From Minisyncoccota bacterium (lineage in GTDB: Bacteria; Patescibacteriota; Minisyncoccia; Phycocordibacterales; UBA9973), in the NCBI GenBank assembly GCA_041661005.1, contig JBAZVG010000001.1:671515-735514 (forward strand): DNA of 64,000 nt. Reading direction: 5' to 3'. The position numbers and the translations under genes are program-made. The notes beneath the pieces were generated by a model. It had not been told where the DNA came from. It saw nothing but the letters and a program-made list of their open reading frames with translations, and did no database searches. This document shows positions 7,871 through 17,275 of this stretch, piece by piece. How positions within the stretch are numbered: the first letter of the stretch is position 1; every line of letters begins with the position of its first letter.

Positions 7871-7934
7871 GGGTACAGATTTTTTGAAGCTTAAAAAATC
7901 CTGAAGTTCTCGGCTCGCCAGCCTCGAAACCCCC
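7871..7934 (+). repeat. Intergenic repeat family, copy A (two-hairpin element)
   Basis: 'gggtacagattttttgaagcttaaaaaatcctgaagttctcggctcgccagcctcgaaacccc' is about 95% identical to 45211-45276 and matches the reverse complement of 49226-49289. Confidence 0.9.
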
Positions 7935-7964
7935 TAAAAAACAAAATCTCCAGCTTTTTAAAAC

Positions 7965-8228
7965 ATGAACCATCTATTAGAATTCTATGGAACGGAATGC
8001 CCACATTGTGTAACAATGCATGGGTTAGTGGAAAAATTAGAAAAAGAAGAAGGAATAAAAGTTGAAAGCTTGGAAGTCTGGCACAACAAGGAAAATGAAA
8101 AGCGTCTTTTGGAATTAGATAAAGATTTGTGTGGCGGTGTTCCTTTTTTATATAACTTAAAATCAAAAAAGTGGATATGCGGGGAAGCGAGCTATGAAGA
8201 GCTAAAGAATTGGGCTCAAGATAAATAA
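7965..8228 (+). CDS. Glutaredoxin/thioredoxin-fold protein (CPHC active site)
   Basis: 87 aa with 'YGTECPHCV' CxxC motif. Confidence 0.6.
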   Translation: MNHLLEFYGTECPHCVTMHGLVEKLEKEEGIKVESLEVWHNKENEKRLLELDKDLCGGVPFLYNLKSKKWICGEASYEELKNWAQDK

Positions 8229-8242
8229 AAATAGACAAAATA

Positions 8243-8269
8243 AAAAACCACCCGTGAGGGTGGTTTTTT
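8243..8269. terminator. Rho-independent terminator
   Basis: 'aaaaaaccacccgtgagggtggtttttt', placed between the convergent glutaredoxin-like gene and csp. Confidence 0.8.
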
Positions 8270-8305
8270 ATTGGAAGAATTCCCGCCGTGCTGGCCGGGA
8301 CAAGC

Positions 8306-8503
8306 TTATGCGCGTTGTACGTTCACAGCATTCAATCCTTTTGGTGATTCCTCTGTTTCAAAAGAAACAGCATCACCTTCTTTGAGCTCATCAAAAGTTA
8401 CGCCAACTAGAGAATTGCTGTGAAAGAATAAATCCTTCGCAAGTCCTTCTCCAGTAATGAAGCCGAAACCTTTATCAGTGAGTCTTTTTATTGTACCAGT
8501 CAT
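8306..8503 (-). CDS. cspA: Cold-shock protein (CspA family)
   Basis: 65 aa, 'GTIKRLTDKGFGFITGE...FFH' RNP motifs. A long non-coding leader lies upstream. Confidence 0.9.
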   Translation of the reverse strand: MTGTIKRLTDKGFGFITGEGLAKDLFFHSNSLVGVTFDELKEGDAVSFETEESPKGLNAVNVQRA

Positions 8504-8694
8504 TGATTTTTAGTTAAATTATTAAAACAAAAGTGTTCTACGAAATCGACTCTTTTCTTTATCCATTCGGGTCGGGAAACTCTCCAGACCCTCAAGATCT
8601 ACGACCTACTTTGTCTATAGAGCATAGCATAATAGCACCCACTTTGTCAAGTCAGATTATATCTGTCGCTATTTTGTTTAAAATAGGCTAATCT

Positions 8695-10197
8695 ATGAGA
8701 ATGTCTAAAGAAACGAACGATAATCAAAAAACCCAAGAAACTATAGTTAGATTCGACAATGTCTCCTTTGAATGGGGAGTCAATAAGCCTATTTTAGATG
8801 GGGTAAGTTTTACCATTAGGCGCGGTATGAAATTCACTTTGATGGGTCAAAATGGGGCTGGTAAAAGTACTATTTTTGGTTTAATTTCCGGGATTTATGT
8901 TCCTGAGTCTGGGATTATAAATGTTGTCAAAGGAGTCAGTATTGCAACTTCACGTCAAGTGATTCCCAAAGAGGAAACGAGTTTAACTGTGCGGGAATTT
9001 TTTCAGAAATGTTTCAAGGAGAAAGTGTATGATATAGATCCCAAAATTGATGAAGTTTTAGAAGTAGTGAATTTGAAAGGACATGAAAAAGTACACGATA
9101 GGATAATCAAAACTTTTTCCGGTGGACAACAAGCCCGACTGTTGCTAGCCTCTGCTCTTATTCAAAATCCGGATTTGCTTTTATTGGATGAGCCCACGAA
9201 TAATTTAGATAAAGCTGGGATTGTTCACTTGACGAATTTTTTGATTGATTACAAGAAAACAGTTTTGGTTATTTCTCACGACGCAGAATTTCTCAATGCC
9301 TTTACGCAAGGCGTGCTTTATTTAGACGTTTATACAAAAAAGATTGAGCAATATGTTGGTAATTATTTTAATGTGGTTAAAGATATTACCGCCAGAGTTG
9401 AAAAAGAGAATATGAAAAATGCCCAACTGCAAAAAGAAATCCAAGCCAAGAAAGATCAAGCGAATGTGTTTGCTTATAAAGGCGGAAGGCTACGATTAGT
9501 CGCAAAACGCATGCGTGAGAAAGCCGAAGAACTCGAAGAGGAGATAGTGGAAGTGCGAAAAGAAGACAGGTCTATCAGACCTTTTATTATTCCGAGCCAG
9601 CCTGACCTGATAGGGGAGATTTTAAATATTTCTTCTTTTACCACTATGAAAAATGGAAAAATTGTAAAACACAAAGCCAAAATATCTTTGAATAAAAATG
9701 TTCACTTATTGTTGCAAGGTCCAAATGGCATAGGGAAGACGACATTGTTGGAAAGATTGGCCAGTGGTCATGCTGATGGCGAAAAAGTAAAAGAGGGAAT
9801 ACGCATCGGATATTATAGGCAAGATTTTTCTACACTTAATTTTGAAGATACAGTCTATCAATCTCTCGCAAGCGCGATGCTTGCGGGCGGAGAAAAGTTG
9901 GACGAAGAGCGCATGCGTTCTGTGGCTGCTGGATTTTTAATTACTGGAGAATTTATCCGCACAAAGATAGGTGACCTCTCCGAAGGACAGAAAGGGTTGG
10001 TGGCTTTTACGAGGTTGGTTCTCCAAAAGCCCGGGCTTCTTATTCTCGATGAGCCAACCAATCACATAAATTTTCGCCATTTGCCCGTCATCGCTAAAGC
10101 TCTCGATGAATACAAAGGCGCCATGATCCTCGTTTCCCACGTGCCAGAGTTTGTTAAACAGATTCGGATTGATGAAGTACTTGATTTAGAAAAATAG
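8695..10197 (+). CDS. ABC-F family ATPase (tandem ABC domains, no TM domain)
   Basis: Two Walker A motifs ('GQNGAGKST', 'GPNGIGKTT'), two signature motifs 'FSGGQQAR' and 'LSEGQKG', and an inter-domain linker. Confidence 0.85.
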   Translation: MRMSKETNDNQKTQETIVRFDNVSFEWGVNKPILDGVSFTIRRGMKFTLMGQNGAGKSTIFGLISGIYVPESGIINVVKGVSIATSRQVIPKEETSLTVREFFQKCFKEKVYDIDPKIDEVLEVVNLKGHEKVHDRIIKTFSGGQQARLLLASALIQNPDLLLLDEPTNNLDKAGIVHLTNFLIDYKKTVLVISHDAEFLNAFTQGVLYLDVYTKKIEQYVGNYFNVVKDITARVEKENMKNAQLQKEIQAKKDQANVFAYKGGRLRLVAKRMREKAEELEEEIVEVRKEDRSIRPFIIPSQPDLIGEILNISSFTTMKNGKIVKHKAKISLNKNVHLLLQGPNGIGKTTLLERLASGHADGEKVKEGIRIGYYRQDFSTLNFEDTVYQSLASAMLAGGEKLDEERMRSVAAGFLITGEFIRTKIGDLSEGQKGLVAFTRLVLQKPGLLILDEPTNHINFRHLPVIAKALDEYKGAMILVSHVPEFVKQIRIDEVLDLEK

Positions 10198-10813
10198 CTA
10201 ATTCTTCGCCTTTTATTTCTCGCAGAGCATTTGGCATGAGTTTCCCCAATTTTATATTCATGATTCTTTCACGTTTCAAGTCGGCGACTTCTTGGAAGAG
10301 GTTGGAACACATGCGTCTGATTTGATGTTTCTTGCCTTCGGTCAATATTACTCTGAAAGTAAAATCATTTATTATTTTTACTTTGCATTTCTTGGTCAAA
10401 TATCCCTCGATGTTTACACCAGCTTCCATCTTTTGTTTAAAATTAGAACGGAGTTTATTTAAAGTTTTGACCAGATATTCTTTTTCATGAATATATTTTG
10501 GATTTAAAAGCTGATCAGTGATTCGTCCGTCGTTGGTGAGAATTAATAGCCCATGAGATGCCTTGTCCAGCCTCCCGAGTGGAAAAAGATCTTCTCTGGG
10601 AGAATCTGTCTCGATTCCGATTGGCTTATTGTAAGCGTAGTATAGATATTTTTTTTCTTCTACTCCTCGCACTTCCACTTTATCATTTTCATTTATTTTA
10701 CTGCCCAATACTGCCAATTTGCCATTGATAAAAACTTTTTTTTCTTTCACCAATTCATCTGCGCCTCTCCGAGTGGCGATTTTTTTGAGAGCAAGATATT
10801 TGTTTATTCTCAT
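10154..10813 (-). CDS. Pseudouridine synthase, RsuA/RluB family (S4 domain + catalytic)
   Basis: 'MRINKYLA...GRLDKASHGLLILTNDG'. The start was refined to the internal ATG at 10813 so the gene no longer overlaps the upstream surface-protein gene. The 3' end overlaps the ABC-F gene by 44 nt, convergently. Confidence 0.8.
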   Translation of the reverse strand: MRINKYLALKKIATRRGADELVKEKKVFINGKLAVLGSKINENDKVEVRGVEEKKYLYYAYNKPIGIETDSPREDLFPLGRLDKASHGLLILTNDGRITDQLLNPKYIHEKEYLVKTLNKLRSNFKQKMEAGVNIEGYLTKKCKVKIINDFTFRVILTEGKKHQIRRMCSNLFQEVADLKRERIMNIKLGKLMPNALREIKGEELAIFLNQVLHQSESV

Positions 10814-10832
10814 TGGATATGAGTTCAAGATT

Positions 10833-12905
10833 TTATTCTTTAGTGATGGTCGTAGTTTTTTTACCCAAAGGATGGTCAATAGTAGTGATGGTTTGTTTTC
10901 GGAAGGAAGATTGGTCGAAGCTGAAAAGAAGGTATTTAGCTATTAGCATCAAAAGAAGTATAAGGATAGCAAGGAGGATCCATCCGAACATATTGGTTGG
11001 CAGAAAGCCCGTGCCGAAAACACTCGCCCCGAGAGATGTGCTGTTGTTGTCTTCGTCGACTGATGTTTGTTCATCTAAAATTTGCGCAGAAACGTTGGTG
11101 TTTACTGATTGAGGTGAGCCGGATGGATTGATGTAACTCAAAGTGGCAGGAAAATTCAAATTTATTCCAGTTGTAGTATTGTCTTGCACTCGAGTTCGGA
11201 CTGTGACTGTGTCTTGGCCGTTTGCTCGCAATGTACCCAAATTGAAGATCAAGGTATTGCCTGATATAATAGGATTATTTGGACTGGAGAACATATAGTC
11301 CACTTCATGGGGGAGATCTATTCTCAAAGTTAAGCTGGTGATTGATGCTGTGCCGATGTTTTGATAGTTTACAGTGTAATTTATTTCATCTCCCGGATGC
11401 GGTCTAGTATTATCAATCGCGGATGCGATTGATTGGTTGTGGTTGATAGAAGAATTGATCAAGACGAGAGAGGTCGGGGCGGGTCTTGGGGTTGTGGTTG
11501 TAGTAGTTACTTGTCCGCGAACGCCTACTGTTACTGAATCAGTAGAGGATCCGAAATTATTACTGCAAGTTATCGTGTAGGTTTTTGTTCCTGTCAATAA
11601 CCCTGTAAAGAAATAACCTGGGCCGATGTTTCTAGTTCCTGCCCATCCGAGAGATCCACCACTCGCAACACAAAAGGTAGCATTAGTGGTGTTCCATCTA
11701 ATGGTGGTAGCCGTATTGAAAGGCAAACTTACTTGGTCTGCGTAAATTACCACTGTCGGTTGATCGTTGACCACAATGGAACCGGAACCGGTTTTTGTTC
11801 TGAAAGTAAAGATGTTTCCATAAACTGTATCTTGTGAATTCCTTGCCACTGCTCTAAAGTAGTAAGTAGTATTTGCGTAAAGTCCGGAGATACTTTTATT
11901 ATAGTTGGTTGTTCCAGAACCACGGGAACTCTCAGAAGTTGAAAATTCAAAGTTGGTATTCGTGCCGTATTCAAACCAAGAGCGGACAGAAGAGCCGTTT
12001 CCATCTACTTGTCCGTTCAGTGTAGCGTTAGAAATGCCTATGCTAGTTGCATTTCTGGTTGTTACTTCAGGTTCATCATTATTATTGTCGTTATCAACAC
12101 GAATAGTCACAGAATCATTGGCCGAATCATTGCCGTTATAACAAGTGATACGGAATGTTTTGTTTGAGGTTAATGATCCTGTGTGAAAACTTCCAGAAGT
12201 GTTTATGTCTTCATCATCCCAGTCATTGGTGCCACCACTTGGTATACAATAGTCCGCATTATCTGAATCCCAACGGATTCGTGTTTCGTCATCAAAATCA
12301 ATACTAGTATCATCTGCGGTGATATTGACATTGACGTTAAGATTATGAACTTGGCATGATGTATTTGTATATGATTGTGTAGATGGACCGTAACAATAAG
12401 CTCCGCCATTTGATGGACTTGGGTTTGTACAAGTACGAGTTTGAATACCTGAATATCCACACTGAGTATTTTGCGCACTCCAATTACTCCATCCTCCATT
12501 TATTGGATCTGGAACTGATGGAATCGGATCGCATGATGCAGTTGTGAAACTTTTTATATTCGAACGGCTCGGAGCTGGATATGTTCCAAAATAATTTGTA
12601 ACCCTGAGGTGGTAATAATAAGTGGTATCGGAGTAGAGATTATAGATGGATTTTTTAATGGGAAAGACTCCCGCTGTAGGCAAGTAAAGTGTCGAGGTCC
12701 CTGTGCCTTGGCCAGTTAATACGTCATCATAGCTTGTGCTATATCTGTATTGGGCATAAGCCGGACCGAGACCCAAGGTGATTACATCAGTGAGAGTGGC
12801 GCTGTCGCAAGACTCTGCGGATGCAGGTGTTGCAGACAAGAAAGATCCAAAGAGTATGAAAACTCCCAGCATCAGTCCTATAGAAAATTGTATTTTTTTA
12901 TTCAT
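10833..12905 (-). CDS. Large cell-surface protein: signal peptide, thrombospondin type-1-like repeat, DUF11-like repeat domain, C-terminal TM anchor
   Basis: N-terminal 'MNKKIQFSIGLMLGVFILFGSFLSATPASA'. 'WSNWSAQNTQCGYSGIQTRTCTNPSPSNGGAYCYGPSTQSYTNTSC' matches the TSP1 consensus (WSxWSxCSxTCG..R.R.C). C-terminal hydrophobic 'GWILLAILILLLMLIAKYLLF'. Confidence 0.7.
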   Translation of the reverse strand: MNKKIQFSIGLMLGVFILFGSFLSATPASAESCDSATLTDVITLGLGPAYAQYRYSTSYDDVLTGQGTGTSTLYLPTAGVFPIKKSIYNLYSDTTYYYHLRVTNYFGTYPAPSRSNIKSFTTASCDPIPSVPDPINGGWSNWSAQNTQCGYSGIQTRTCTNPSPSNGGAYCYGPSTQSYTNTSCQVHNLNVNVNITADDTSIDFDDETRIRWDSDNADYCIPSGGTNDWDDEDINTSGSFHTGSLTSNKTFRITCYNGNDSANDSVTIRVDNDNNNDEPEVTTRNATSIGISNATLNGQVDGNGSSVRSWFEYGTNTNFEFSTSESSRGSGTTNYNKSISGLYANTTYYFRAVARNSQDTVYGNIFTFRTKTGSGSIVVNDQPTVVIYADQVSLPFNTATTIRWNTTNATFCVASGGSLGWAGTRNIGPGYFFTGLLTGTKTYTITCSNNFGSSTDSVTVGVRGQVTTTTTTPRPAPTSLVLINSSINHNQSIASAIDNTRPHPGDEINYTVNYQNIGTASITSLTLRIDLPHEVDYMFSSPNNPIISGNTLIFNLGTLRANGQDTVTVRTRVQDNTTTGINLNFPATLSYINPSGSPQSVNTNVSAQILDEQTSVDEDNNSTSLGASVFGTGFLPTNMFGWILLAILILLLMLIAKYLLFSFDQSSFRKQTITTIDHPLGKKTTTITKE

Positions 12906-13038
12906 ATTTAGATGGTTTGTCCTTACGGAGATGGTTGATTATTAAAGACGAAAAAACAGACTCTTATACCTATAGAGTATGGTATCATATTCTATATAAA
13001 ATGTCAATAGCTCCCCGAGGCGCGTAAAGTTGTCGTTT

Positions 13039-13422
13039 TTAACTAAAATTGATTAGAAAATTATACATACCCATGCCACAGACTCCTTGCAACGGCTCTC
13101 CTGCTTTTGGTATTCCGAGGTCGATTTCCGTTTTTCCAGTTTGGGGTAGAATTTTTTGATAACCAATGGATTTGATCACTAAAGAAGATGAACAATCATA
13201 TGCTCCGCTTGTTTCCATAATCAATTTTGTCGGAATTCCTGCTTTCGCGCTGGATACTTTTGGAGAATATCCGCCTCTTGCATTGATCGTAATATATTGA
13301 ATGCCGTTTTTGATTTCTACATTTTGCACAGATTGAAAATCTGGATTTGGTTTTCCAAAAAAGACGATGCCCATGGCCACCAAGAGTCCTAGAATTATGA
13401 TAATTGAAACTGTTTTGTTCAT
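13039..13422 (-). CDS. Secreted cupredoxin_1-like domain protein (metal site residues non-canonical)
   Basis: Signal peptide 'MNKTVSIIIILGLLVAMG'. 'ITINARGGYSPKV...AKAGIPTKL...CGMGMY' follows the cupredoxin_1 pattern. Last gene of the copper operon. Confidence 0.5.
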   Translation of the reverse strand: MNKTVSIIIILGLLVAMGIVFFGKPNPDFQSVQNVEIKNGIQYITINARGGYSPKVSSAKAGIPTKLIMETSGAYDCSSSLVIKSIGYQKILPQTGKTEIDLGIPKAGEPLQGVCGMGMYNFLINFS

Positions 13423-13429
13423 ATGGTAA

Positions 13430-14512
13430 TTATATACTAAATAATGGATCAATAATGCCGAGTCCCGCAAGTCCGGCTAGGAGCGCGAATAATCCAAGTC
13501 CTATTACGACTACTCCTGATGATTTGAAAAATAGGGGAGCATGCTTTGAATGTGCAAAAGAAGCGGATCCGAATGAAAGCAATGCGAGTACTGGGAGAGT
13601 TCCGAGCGCGAATGCAAACATAATTAAAAATCCTGAATTGAATGATCCACTGGAAAGCGCTGCTACTTGCATTGATTGTGTGAATCCGCATGGCAAGAAA
13701 AATGTTCCGAATCCGATGATGAGTGGAGTAAGGGTTTTATGTTCAATTCTTCTGAAAAAATTGAAAATGCCTGAAGGCAGAGCAATTTTATTTTTAGCAA
13801 ACACTCCAACCAAATTCAAACCAAGGATCAGCATGACAATAGATGCAATGATTCCAAGAATTGCGCTAAACATAAAGTTTATACCTATGGCACTACCGAT
13901 TAATCCAAGAACTCCACCCAGCACAGCGAAACTCACTAATCTCCCTGTGTGAAAAAGAAAAAAAGTTTTATTGTCGCTTACATTATCTTGTGACACTTTT
14001 GCTGAGAGTGACAATACCAACCCTCCCACGATTGCAAGACATGAAGAAACCGATGCGATGAGTCCGATGATGAAGCTTGTTACTGGAGTTGTTTGTCCCC
14101 CAATTCCAATATTGAGGATGCCTGATTTCTGTAAAAGGAAAAATAGGATAAGAAAAATTAATCCTATCGGTATTGCTTTCCAGATAGCATCATTATCTTT
14201 GTTTTCTGGAATTTTTTTCCCTGTGGTGAGTTTATCGAATCCATCAACAGAAATAATATAACCACTTGATCTTACTTTTTCTGTAAATATTTGAGCTAAT
14301 TCTTCTATATTTTTTTCACTTTCTGTCTCTATTTCAACAATTTCTTTTGCTAAATCAACTCGAACTTTTCGAACGAGATTCTGCTCTTCTTGTGGTGAGC
14401 CTGCTTGCAGTGAGCTTGTCGAACCTGTCGAATCCATCAAGATATCTTCAATCAAGATTTTACATGATGCGCAATGTGTGCCTGTGACGTGAAATGTGTA
14501 TTTTTTTGACAT
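13430..14512 (-). CDS. HMA-domain (GTHCASC) polytopic membrane protein, probable metal handling/transport
   Basis: N-terminal heavy-metal-associated motif 'VTGTHCASCKILIE', followed by about 7 TM helices with Cys motifs ('SSCLAIVGG', 'LPCGF'). Confidence 0.6.
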   Translation of the reverse strand: MSKKYTFHVTGTHCASCKILIEDILMDSTGSTSSLQAGSPQEEQNLVRKVRVDLAKEIVEIETESEKNIEELAQIFTEKVRSSGYIISVDGFDKLTTGKKIPENKDNDAIWKAIPIGLIFLILFFLLQKSGILNIGIGGQTTPVTSFIIGLIASVSSCLAIVGGLVLSLSAKVSQDNVSDNKTFFLFHTGRLVSFAVLGGVLGLIGSAIGINFMFSAILGIIASIVMLILGLNLVGVFAKNKIALPSGIFNFFRRIEHKTLTPLIIGFGTFFLPCGFTQSMQVAALSSGSFNSGFLIMFAFALGTLPVLALLSFGSASFAHSKHAPLFFKSSGVVVIGLGLFALLAGLAGLGIIDPLFSI

Positions 14513-14537
14513 TGGACACGTATTCTACCATGAAGAA

Positions 14538-15476
14538 TCATGCCCCACAACTCGTTCCACTTTTTTGTTCTTGCGGTTTTATTTGAGACATCACTTTTTG
14601 AATACCAGTGGCAGAAGAATATTCAGCTCCTAGAATTTTCTTTGGATCAACGGTATTCCAATCAGCACCCTCTGATGTTATGAAAGTTTTAATTGTCGCG
14701 TATTGATCTGGGAACCAAAGAGTATTTACCTGTAGAGCAACTTTATACATATCCACTTCCGACACTCCCTGTGAGGCCATAAGTTCTAATAATCCAAGCA
14801 TTGCCATACCGTGATTGCAGTCAGGGAAATAGGTAGAATTATCACAACATGGTCGATAAATATTTTTAGCAACTCGTTCGACTAATGCTTGCTGTTTTGG
14901 TGTTAGTGTTATGAATTTATGCATACTGTAGTGAGACATTGCTTTGCCATCTGCCAAATTCCAACCTCCTGTAGATGCAAAATTCCCGGCACCGCCATAC
15001 TTAGGGTCCATCATCGGACCGTTTTCAAGGATTGCATTCTTGTTTCCTAATCCAAGTGCCCAAAGCATATTTAAGATTACTCCAGAATTTTCAGAATTAA
15101 TTACAAGGTTTTCGTTGTCGGCATATTCAAGTAATTTTTTATTCGATTCGGAGAGTCCGCCTCGGCTGTTATACAGATTTTCAAACTTTACTTTATCAAT
15201 TACTCCTGCTTCGGTCATTTGCATCCCTAAGCTTCCCCATTTTACGGGAAGTTCTATTCCATTTTGCAAAATTTCTTTTTGCTGTTCAGCGCTCAGTTTT
15301 GCAGGATGTGAATTTCCTATTTCTCCTTGATTCTTTAATCGTGTTGTGTAAACAAAAGCCCCAACAATTAATGCTACTACGATAATAATGCTCGTTACTG
15401 GAGGTAGATTGTTTTCCTTTTTCACCTGCCCGACTGAATCGTCCAGGTGGGTTTCAACTTCTTTTTCATTTTTCAT
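14538..15476 (-). CDS. Membrane-anchored hypothetical protein with Cys-rich motif (CCDNSTYFPDCNHG)
   Basis: One N-terminal TM segment. No confident family assignment. Confidence 0.5.
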   Translation of the reverse strand: MKNEKEVETHLDDSVGQVKKENNLPPVTSIIIVVALIVGAFVYTTRLKNQGEIGNSHPAKLSAEQQKEILQNGIELPVKWGSLGMQMTEAGVIDKVKFENLYNSRGGLSESNKKLLEYADNENLVINSENSGVILNMLWALGLGNKNAILENGPMMDPKYGGAGNFASTGGWNLADGKAMSHYSMHKFITLTPKQQALVERVAKNIYRPCCDNSTYFPDCNHGMAMLGLLELMASQGVSEVDMYKVALQVNTLWFPDQYATIKTFITSEGADWNTVDPKKILGAEYSSATGIQKVMSQIKPQEQKSGTSCGA

Positions 15477-15485
15477 GTTTTTAAT

Positions 15486-16265
15486 TTAGATGAATAAGAT
15501 TAAGATGCCAATTACAATCATTGCAATTCCCGCCCAAAGTTTCAACCCTCCTATATTGTCGCGTTTCCATATTTGTACTTTATCAACCAATAATTTATTT
15601 GCCGAGATGAATAATACAGCAACTAACGGAATAATCAGAATGAGATTATAGAGAAGAAGATAATTAAATCCACTCACATAAGTCATTTGATCTTTCAAGA
15701 GCCCGATGACCATAAGATATGGTCCGCCCATGCATGGGAATTGGCAAATTCCTACCAGAATGCCGAGGCCGAATACAGCCGGGAAGGATGCTTTATCCAT
15801 CAGTTTAGCCATTGCGCCTTTTGCCATGGTGGGTATTTTGAGTTTTATCGGGAATGCTGGGAAAAAACGATTAAGAAGATTAAGCACACCGAAGGTGATG
15901 AGAATCGTTGCACCTAATTTCCCCATAAAATGAGGAGTGTTGAAGATGTGCAATACTTTCAGTATGCCGAGGCCGATAAGGAAATATGCAGAGAATATTC
16001 CAGCGATGTAGGTTCCACCTAATTGAAGAATTTTCCTTCGATTTAATTGCATTCCAAAAAAGAATGCAATAGTTATGAGAAGAATCGAGAATGAACAAGG
16101 ATGCACGCTGTCTAGTATTGCCGATACTAATATGAGTGGCAACAACCACGTTCCTTGTTTGCTTATATTCCAGATAATTTCTGAAGTAGCTGGACTATTT
16201 TTTAATATAACTATTCCGACTATGATGGCAAGTACGACACTGATTGTGATAATAATTTTTTTCAT
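15486..16265 (-). CDS. CcdA/DsbD-like transmembrane thiol-disulfide electron transporter
   Basis: Polytopic, with conserved Cys in TM segments ('VHPCSF', 'CQFPCMGGPY'). Confidence 0.6.
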   Translation of the reverse strand: MKKIIITISVVLAIIVGIVILKNSPATSEIIWNISKQGTWLLPLILVSAILDSVHPCSFSILLITIAFFFGMQLNRRKILQLGGTYIAGIFSAYFLIGLGILKVLHIFNTPHFMGKLGATILITFGVLNLLNRFFPAFPIKLKIPTMAKGAMAKLMDKASFPAVFGLGILVGICQFPCMGGPYLMVIGLLKDQMTYVSGFNYLLLYNLILIIPLVAVLFISANKLLVDKVQIWKRDNIGGLKLWAGIAMIVIGILILFI

Positions 16266-16269
16266 AATT

Positions 16270-16788
16270 TTATGGGGTTACATTTGCCTTTATCTCGAAT
16301 TGAAGCTTGTTACCTTCTGTATCTTCGAGATAAACAAATCTATTAATCATCCCGACTCCAGCTGGACCATGCGCATTGGGATCATAGACAACCTCAACAT
16401 CCGCAGACTCTCCCGCCTTTATTGTTTTGTTTAGTTTTGGAATAACTCCCATTCCCGGCATGCCGAAGGGCCCTTTTTTTCTTCCATCGGATTCTATAAA
16501 GTAAGCTTTTGTACACATACAAGAAGTAGTTAAGCTCGGAATTAAGACATCTGTGTTAGTTTCGTTGGTAACTTTGAATGTTTTACTTACATCTCCATTT
16601 TTCATGGAGATTGTGCCAAAATCATAGAATGTTTCAGTCGCTTTTAACGCCAATACAGCCGAAGCTTGACCAGATTCAACGCTTATTTTTTTATTTTCAT
16701 TTTTGCCGGGTTTTCCAAATAAGAAAAGTCCGATAAAAAGAACAACAATGACAGCAATAAATACAATAATTTTATTTTTTTCTTTCAT
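16270..16788 (-). CDS. DUF1573-like membrane-anchored protein
   Basis: TM anchor plus a 'TSCMCT' motif reminiscent of DUF1573. The start was refined to the internal ATG (MKEKNKIIVF...). Confidence 0.45.
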   Translation of the reverse strand: MKEKNKIIVFIAVIVVLFIGLFLFGKPGKNENKKISVESGQASAVLALKATETFYDFGTISMKNGDVSKTFKVTNETNTDVLIPSLTTSCMCTKAYFIESDGRKKGPFGMPGMGVIPKLNKTIKAGESADVEVVYDPNAHGPAGVGMINRFVYLEDTEGNKLQFEIKANVTP

Positions 16789-16867
16789 TTTTTTTCTAGA
16801 GATTAAATAGTAAAAATCCCTTATTAGGGATCTCAAAGACATAGGCAAAAACTTTACGACAAAGTAA

Positions 16868-17275
16868 TCAGCTATGCCTCACATACGAAAGAGAGGGGCT
16901 ATTTATAAAAAGAGACAACCATTTAATAATTTTATTATCGTAAGTACTTAAATTTTTGTTATATAGGTAATATTTCCACCTGTAAAAATACTTGGTTTGT
17001 TTTAAAAGCTTTTGTTTGTTGTAAAAATACAAAATTATTCCCAGTATTAAGAGCGAGGAAAATATTAAAGTTGGGAAAATTGCATTTGAGAACTGACGCC
17101 AGTTATTTATATGTGCAAAACTATTTTCACACAATGAAAAACCACCTTGTGCATAAGGACAATTAGGCATAGGCATTTCGGTGACATGATTTAACTGAAA
17201 CAATCCAAATACACCGATGCTTAGATAGGCGAGGAAGATGAAGCCTATAAATAATCTTGTGTGCTTTAAGTTCAT
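16868..17275 (-). CDS. Small 2-TM membrane protein with Met/Cys/His-rich loop ([22 protein letters not shown]), translationally coupled to copA
   Basis: The start overlaps the copA stop (ATGA at 17272-17275). The loop motif is suggestive of Cu(I) binding. Confidence 0.45.
   Translation of the reverse strand: MNLKHTRLFIGFIFLAYLSIGVFGLFQLNHVTEMPMPNCPYAQGGFSLCENSFAHINNWRQFSNAIFPTLIFSSLLILGIILYFYNKQKLLKQTKYFYRWKYYLYNKNLSTYDNKIIKWLSLFINSPSLSYVRHS

Noticed and set aside
10154-10197. 44-nt convergent overlap of ABC-F and pseudouridine synthase 3' ends as evidence of frameshift or misassembly
   Set aside because: Both C-termini look complete and conserved. Short convergent overlaps occur in compact genomes.
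13404-13952. 182-aa + strand ORF antisense to the HMA-TM gene
   Set aside because: Low-complexity (P/S/A-rich) mirror of a membrane-protein gene. No independent signals.
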